Of a stretch of DNA of 51,809 nt, positions 46,891 through 51,809 are shown piece by piece. This stretch comes from a virus. Lineage: Duplodnaviria; Caudoviricetes. The position numbers were made by a program, and so were the translations under genes. The first letter of the stretch is position 1. Each line of letters opens with the position of its first letter. The stretch lies in IMG/VR virus record IMGVR_UViG_3300025374_000001, positions 1 to 51,809 of that record. One strand, written 5' to 3'. The notes under the pieces are model-generated. The model made no database searches and was not told the origin of the DNA. It worked only from the letters and a program-made list of their open reading frames with translations.

Positions 46891-47778
46891 TATTGATACG
46901 TACATGTCGTCTCCAGCTGTCTCCAGCTTTAAGACCGGCACCTGGCGTGCACGCCCCACCCGCCCTGGCGCCCACCGACCCGCCAGTCGCGAGACCCCCG
47001 CCAGACGCGCGCGCACGCACACAGGGGCAGGTCCAGCACCCAGGCCCCGCACGCCTGCCAAGAGGTGCGTCGCGTCGCAGTCGAAGGACAAGGCCTTCAG
47101 ACACAGCCCCATATATTATATAATGGTTTCAAATGTCTCAAGCTTTAAGACTAGCTGTCGAGGACCCGGCTTTCCATCGCCAGCGTCAAGTCTCAAGACA
47201 TCACGTAGAAGGCCATGCTTTTTGTCTCCCCTTCTTTACAACAACAAAGAGGTCTCTGGACACGGAAAAAACAACAATTTGCCATGCCTCCACGGAATAT
47301 TTTCAATACAAAAAGCAGGAATTTGCAAAAACCACGGCAAGACATTTACACAAAAAACGTGGGAAAATCTGGACCCTATCCAACATTTTACATATGTAAA
47401 GAGGGGGGACCCCTTAATCCACGTCGGGACCCAAATTGCTATAATAAATAGAATAGTGCAAAAAACACAGTCCCCACGACCGTCTCCCCTTTACACACAA
47501 TAAACCCACTTCGCCATCATATTCAACTACACATGCACATATATCAATGGCCTCTCCGACACAATATAAACATTAGCCTTTATACGTATTTCCTCGAGTA
47601 ACATATATGTAAAGGGTGAGATAAAGTGCGCACCATATTGTAGAGTGCGATATATCTGCGTGTCTATATCAACACCTTTTTTCTTGCCCTAATCACCCTT
47701 TTTTTACAATTATAATATTGTCTCTGGACACGAAAAAACCCACAACTTTATATGTAAATAGGAAAAAAGAGGTCCTTT

Positions 47779-48150
47779 TTAAAACTGGTTTAATATTTTT
47801 TCTAGCCGACTCTTTACTTTTTCTATAGCCAGTCCATGTATTTCGTCTAATTGAACCCAATAGTCATGTGCATGATAAACTTCAGGGTCGCCATATGGGT
47901 CCTTATACACTTTTACTGTTGCGGAATAATTGCTGTATATAATGTGGATATCCTTATATATAACGCGCATTAAGTTATCGTATAGGTAGACTTTTATGTC
48001 GGGGATTTTAATTGTCACGTTATCATATACTATTGTAATTTCAAAATCTCCTGTCGCTAATGCGCGTTTTAGCGCGTCTAATATTTCGGGGATATACTGT
48101 CTCACGTCGTCGGGGATTTGCGTCGTTGTTTGGGTTGTTGTTTTTGCCAT
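47779..48150 (-). CDS. Hypothetical protein (123 aa), ITR copy 2
   Basis: Mirror of 3660..4031. Confidence 0.85.
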   Translation of the reverse strand: MAKTTTQTTTQIPDDVRQYIPEILDALKRALATGDFEITIVYDNVTIKIPDIKVYLYDNLMRVIYKDIHIIYSNYSATVKVYKDPYGDPEVYHAHDYWVQLDEIHGLAIEKVKSRLEKILNQF

Positions 48151-48893
48151 GGCAATTAGGATTTTGCTTATTTAAAAATTTTTCGCATGCTATATATCAA
48201 TCCTATTTTTTACATGTATCTAACGCATATTGCGGTACATATTTTATGTATCACCTAACGTGTTTACACTAGTAAAGCACAATGTTTACACAAAAACACG
48301 GCGCAGGAAAAAGGCGCGCATTATGTGCCTCCACATTTTGTAAACACCACCCTTTACATGGAAAATTCTAAAGCCGAATATGTAGCGATATATATCGAAT
48401 ACGGAGTTTACATGCCTCTAATGCGACGTTCAATATATGTCAAGGTGTATAAGGCGCGCGTGTATTTGCTATAGTAAATATGCGATACGCATGTCGCGCG
48501 TCTCCCCTTTACATAGAATTTTCCAACGACGTATATGTATCGATATATATCTAATCTACGCTTTACACATGTCGAATGTAGCACTTAACATATTTCTATT
48601 TTTCTTTTATATTCTTATTTTTTTCTATAATAAATAGAATATTACAAAAAAAGGGGGCCCGCCGTGTCTCTCCCCTTTACATATGCTTTTCCAACGGAGG
48701 ACAGTATTATACCTTTTTCCAATGGCCCCTTTATACATTGTCAAATTGTCTCTGGATACTTATTTCCTCGAGGAAGACACATGTAAAGAGGAAAAAACGG
48801 CGACAAGATAAGGGGGATACCACGCCATGGTTTTATGTTTGTCAAGGGCAACGGCGGGCGAAAGCTTTATAAACATGGGAAATTCTTACAACC

Positions 48894-49049
48894 ATGGCAA
48901 CCAAAAACAAAAACCAAACAATGGGGGCGTACGCCCCCCAAAAAGAAACCCTTTTTTCCATAAACGCACTAGAAAAAGGCGCGCGCGTTAAAATAGTCAA
49001 CAACGCGCCACAACAAGAGCAGGAAATAAGAAGACAACGCGCGGATTAA
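48894..49049 (+). CDS. Small hypothetical protein (51 aa), ITR copy 2
   Basis: Mirror of 2761..2916. Confidence 0.65.
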   Translation: MATKNKNQTMGAYAPQKETLFSINALEKGARVKIVNNAPQQEQEIRRQRAD

Positions 49050-49051
49050 AT

Positions 49052-50332
49052 ATGCTAGTCACGACGTCTAGACAAAAAGCCGACGTGGACATGCGTATAA
49101 GTGTATTAGTTGACATGCTAGCAAAAAGAGACATGGTGCCTTATAAGGCGCACAAAATGTTTGCTAAAGAGCACTTCCTGCCTGTCCACGACGAATATTA
49201 CCTGCGTTATGTGGCGTTGCAACGTAAGGGAGTAAGAGAGGTTGTTTACTCCGACAATTATATATACTTAAAGATAAACATGACAGACAGGGAGTATAAT
49301 GAAAAATATTACGTCGTCGGAATTGACACCGACGTTAATAAACTGTTTATCAATAGAGTCAACTATGCAAACATAGGGGGATACCTGATAAATGCACGAA
49401 TAACAGAAAACGGTTCACTTATTATACGCGTAAAGGAGAGTTTCTTTAGAGAGCGCGTGTTTGAATACACGACGGATATTCTAGACGACGAATACGTCGT
49501 GGATATAGGCAATGCTGACTTTACAACATATAGAGTCCAGGGAGACTTACAGATAGTCGTGCATAAGTATCCCAATGACTTTAATGTCATTGGCGCAATT
49601 GACAGACAGATAATGGAATACAGGGAGTATCTAATAGCTGACAAAATCGCGGCTCTACTAAATGATTATGGTATATCTTATCAAGTCAGAAAAGGCAACA
49701 GCACTCATTATGAAATAGTGATACCTGGAGGCACAGACAGCAGTAGGTGGTCCAAATATGCACGGAGGAATAGGTTAAGAATTGTGAAATTGTTAAGTGA
49801 ATACTTTACTATAGAGTCTCCTAGCAACGTTGTAGACGACAACACGACGACGACGGTAAAAATGCGCGACGGAGACACACAAATTACAGTAGACATAATT
49901 TCAAGAGCATATTACTTAGACTTGGTCGGTGATACTATAATACGCACAATGGGAGAATTTGCTTACGAAAAAAGGCGCATGCTAGTAGACGACGTAATCA
50001 GACAACTAGACAAATTAGAGTCTCTTGACATGGTTAGACAAATTGGCAACCACCGCATCACGTTGAAAAACGTGATACCTGTATCCGTGGCGTATACACC
50101 ACCTATAAAGCCTCTAGTGCTGGACCCACTGATACTCTATATAGTCGTGCCTAATACCTATATAGTTAATCAAGAGAGTGTAATAGAGTTTAACCATAAA
50201 GAGCACGGAATACGTAAAGTCAAGTTTGCTGACAAATACGTAATCAGAATAACGCATAATGACGTGCATAGACACGACGCGTCGCAACGCAACAAAGTTA
50301 TATTATCGCGTATAGAGCCGTATAGACTATAG
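49052..50332 (+). CDS. Hypothetical protein (426 aa), ITR copy 2
   Basis: Mirror of 1478..2758. Confidence 0.85.
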   Translation: MLVTTSRQKADVDMRISVLVDMLAKRDMVPYKAHKMFAKEHFLPVHDEYYLRYVALQRKGVREVVYSDNYIYLKINMTDREYNEKYYVVGIDTDVNKLFINRVNYANIGGYLINARITENGSLIIRVKESFFRERVFEYTTDILDDEYVVDIGNADFTTYRVQGDLQIVVHKYPNDFNVIGAIDRQIMEYREYLIADKIAALLNDYGISYQVRKGNSTHYEIVIPGGTDSSRWSKYARRNRLRIVKLLSEYFTIESPSNVVDDNTTTTVKMRDGDTQITVDIISRAYYLDLVGDTIIRTMGEFAYEKRRMLVDDVIRQLDKLESLDMVRQIGNHRITLKNVIPVSVAYTPPIKPLVLDPLILYIVVPNTYIVNQESVIEFNHKEHGIRKVKFADKYVIRITHNDVHRHDASQRNKVILSRIEPYRL

Positions 50333-50348
50333 TATAGAGCGCACCACC

Positions 50349-50570
50349 ATGCTAATCGAATTAATCGCCTTTTTAGGTGCAGCAGGAATTGCGATTACTG
50401 TATTCGCAATAATAGTTGCGTTGTCTGATAGGCCCCTAAAGGCGTTTATCACGGCCCTAATGCTTTTATATCCATTATTTTTTCTCTATATATACATTTT
50501 AAAAGAAGTTGCTAAACGTAAAGAGGAAAAACGCGCGACGGGCCCACAAGAGGGACAGCATTACAAATAA
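50349..50570 (+). CDS. Small membrane protein, ITR copy 2
   Basis: Mirror of 1240..1461. Confidence 0.8.
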   Translation: MLIELIAFLGAAGIAITVFAIIVALSDRPLKAFITALMLLYPLFFLYIYILKEVAKRKEEKRATGPQEGQHYK

Positions 50571-50661
50571 CGCTTTTTAATTCCCTGCTTAAAAGACCTC
50601 GCCGTGTTCTTTACGTTCGTCAAGAGCAATGGGAGCGAAAAGTTTTTAAATCCGTGTTTCC

Positions 50662-50946
50662 ATGGCAACCATGGCAACCAAAATCCCCCAAAAAATCCCC
50701 ACGGAACAAATAATACAAACGATAAAGGACATGCTAAAACTGGACCCCAAGACGACGACGTACATATACGAAAGCTTGCGCGACGACAGATTTACCATGA
50801 ACACGGAGGGAGAGGAAATAATCATGACAATAGGTCCAGTAGATTGCGACAGTGAGGGTTATGTTGACATAGCATTAACACCGTCGGAGGCAATTGCATT
50901 GGCGATAAGGTTAATCAAGTACGCCACGGAGTTGACAACAACTTAG
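50662..50946 (+). CDS. Hypothetical protein (94 aa), ITR copy 2
   Basis: Mirror of 864..1148. Confidence 0.8.
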   Translation: MATMATKIPQKIPTEQIIQTIKDMLKLDPKTTTYIYESLRDDRFTMNTEGEEIIMTIGPVDCDSEGYVDIALTPSEAIALAIRLIKYATELTTT

Positions 50947-50949
50947 GCT

Positions 50950-51108
50950 ATGACAGCACCTATGTACATAAAAATCTCAAAAAACGGCGCGTACATAACC
51001 AGGAAACACGACGGAATAGAAATTCTTGCGCCAATGACATGGATTAGGCAATACGTTGAATACATGCTAACAACTAATCAAGAGATAATCGTGGAGGTGG
51101 TGCCATGA
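50950..51108 (+). CDS. Small hypothetical protein (52 aa), ITR copy 2
   Basis: Mirror of 702..860. Confidence 0.7.
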   Translation: MTAPMYIKISKNGAYITRKHDGIEILAPMTWIRQYVEYMLTTNQEIIVEVVP

Positions 51109-51401
51109 AAAACGTCGCGAATAGTAAGATACGGTTTACTCCTGTGACTATATTAAAACAAGGGGTCCTATATCTAGACGGTAATATGGTTTACACCGAC
51201 GCATATGGCAAGTGGTTGTACGTGTCTGAAGACGGACAAACTGTTATTATGTTCAACAACGCAACCGACTTGATTAGAGACATATACAAAAAGAGCGACA
51301 ATGAGGACTACGTTATCACAGGTTGGGACTTTTATCCGACGCGATTTACGTATCTAATAGACGACGCATATAACTATTACAACGCACGGTTTGAGGAATA
51401 A
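51105..51401 (+). CDS. Hypothetical protein (98 aa), ITR copy 2
   Basis: Mirror of 409..705. Confidence 0.8.
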   Translation: MKNVANSKIRFTPVTILKQGVLYLDGNMVYTDAYGKWLYVSEDGQTVIMFNNATDLIRDIYKKSDNEDYVITGWDFYPTRFTYLIDDAYNYYNARFEE

Positions 51402-51689
51402 TACAACTTTTTTCTCCTGTCTATATCTACGCCTTTTTCCCTGTCTTTTTACCTGACTATTTTTAACACGGCGCACCTACACTGGTCTCGAGACACGCCG
51501 TATATTCGACACGCCGACGCGACATACATAGAGACAAGACGCACGCCGAACAAAATAATGCGACGCACGGCGCACATAATATGACACATGTCACGCCGTA
51601 TATTCGATACGCCGGGCCAGCGTACAGAAGATAATAATAATAACGCCGACACGGCGCCCTATAGTGACGCCGACACTCGCCGATATAAT

Positions 51690-51809
51690 GTACAGCATAA
51701 TGTGTGGGGGAGAGTTGAAAGGAATATAATATAAAAAATATAATATTATATAATATTATATTTTTTATATTATATTCCTTTCAACTCTCCCCCACACATT
51801 ATGCTGTAC
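51690..51809. repeat. Right hairpin telomere (perfect palindrome, axis 51749/51750)
   Basis: Identical to 1..120. Confidence 0.9.

Larger units (their letters stand above)
44170..51809. repeat. Right inverted terminal repeat
   Basis: Reverse complement of 1..7640. Confidence 0.97.

Overview
The window looks like a complete linear dsDNA genome (about 51.7 kb between the two hairpin axes) of a rod-shaped or filamentous archaeal virus related to rudiviruses (SIRV2-fold capsid). Both ends are perfect 120-nt palindromes, consistent with read-through of covalently closed hairpin telomeres, and they sit inside very long inverted terminal repeats (1..7640 / 44170..51809). Each ITR carries nine CDS (including a Dam-like methylase and a Panacea/DUF4065-like protein), an iteron-like motif field and a GC-rich island with two promoter-associated candidate structured RNAs. 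The larger RNA is about 430 nt and has a canonical kink-turn. The unique core encodes: a rudivirus-like morphogenesis block (single MCP, two GT4 glycosyltransferases, a 1964-aa fibre/tape-measure-like protein, tail-collar-like proteins); a prim-pol/helicase fusion and an SF2 helicase; two TGT/DpdA-like proteins; a circularly permuted C5 methylase; a DUF1874/AcrIII-1-like protein; an ankyrin-repeat protein; and an operon of three small membrane proteins, a membrane-anchored zinc metalloprotease and a trypsin-like serine protease (candidate S-layer-directed egress or exclusion system). A Thermoproteales host is inferred but not proven. All family assignments come from motif recognition by eye; no database searches were run.
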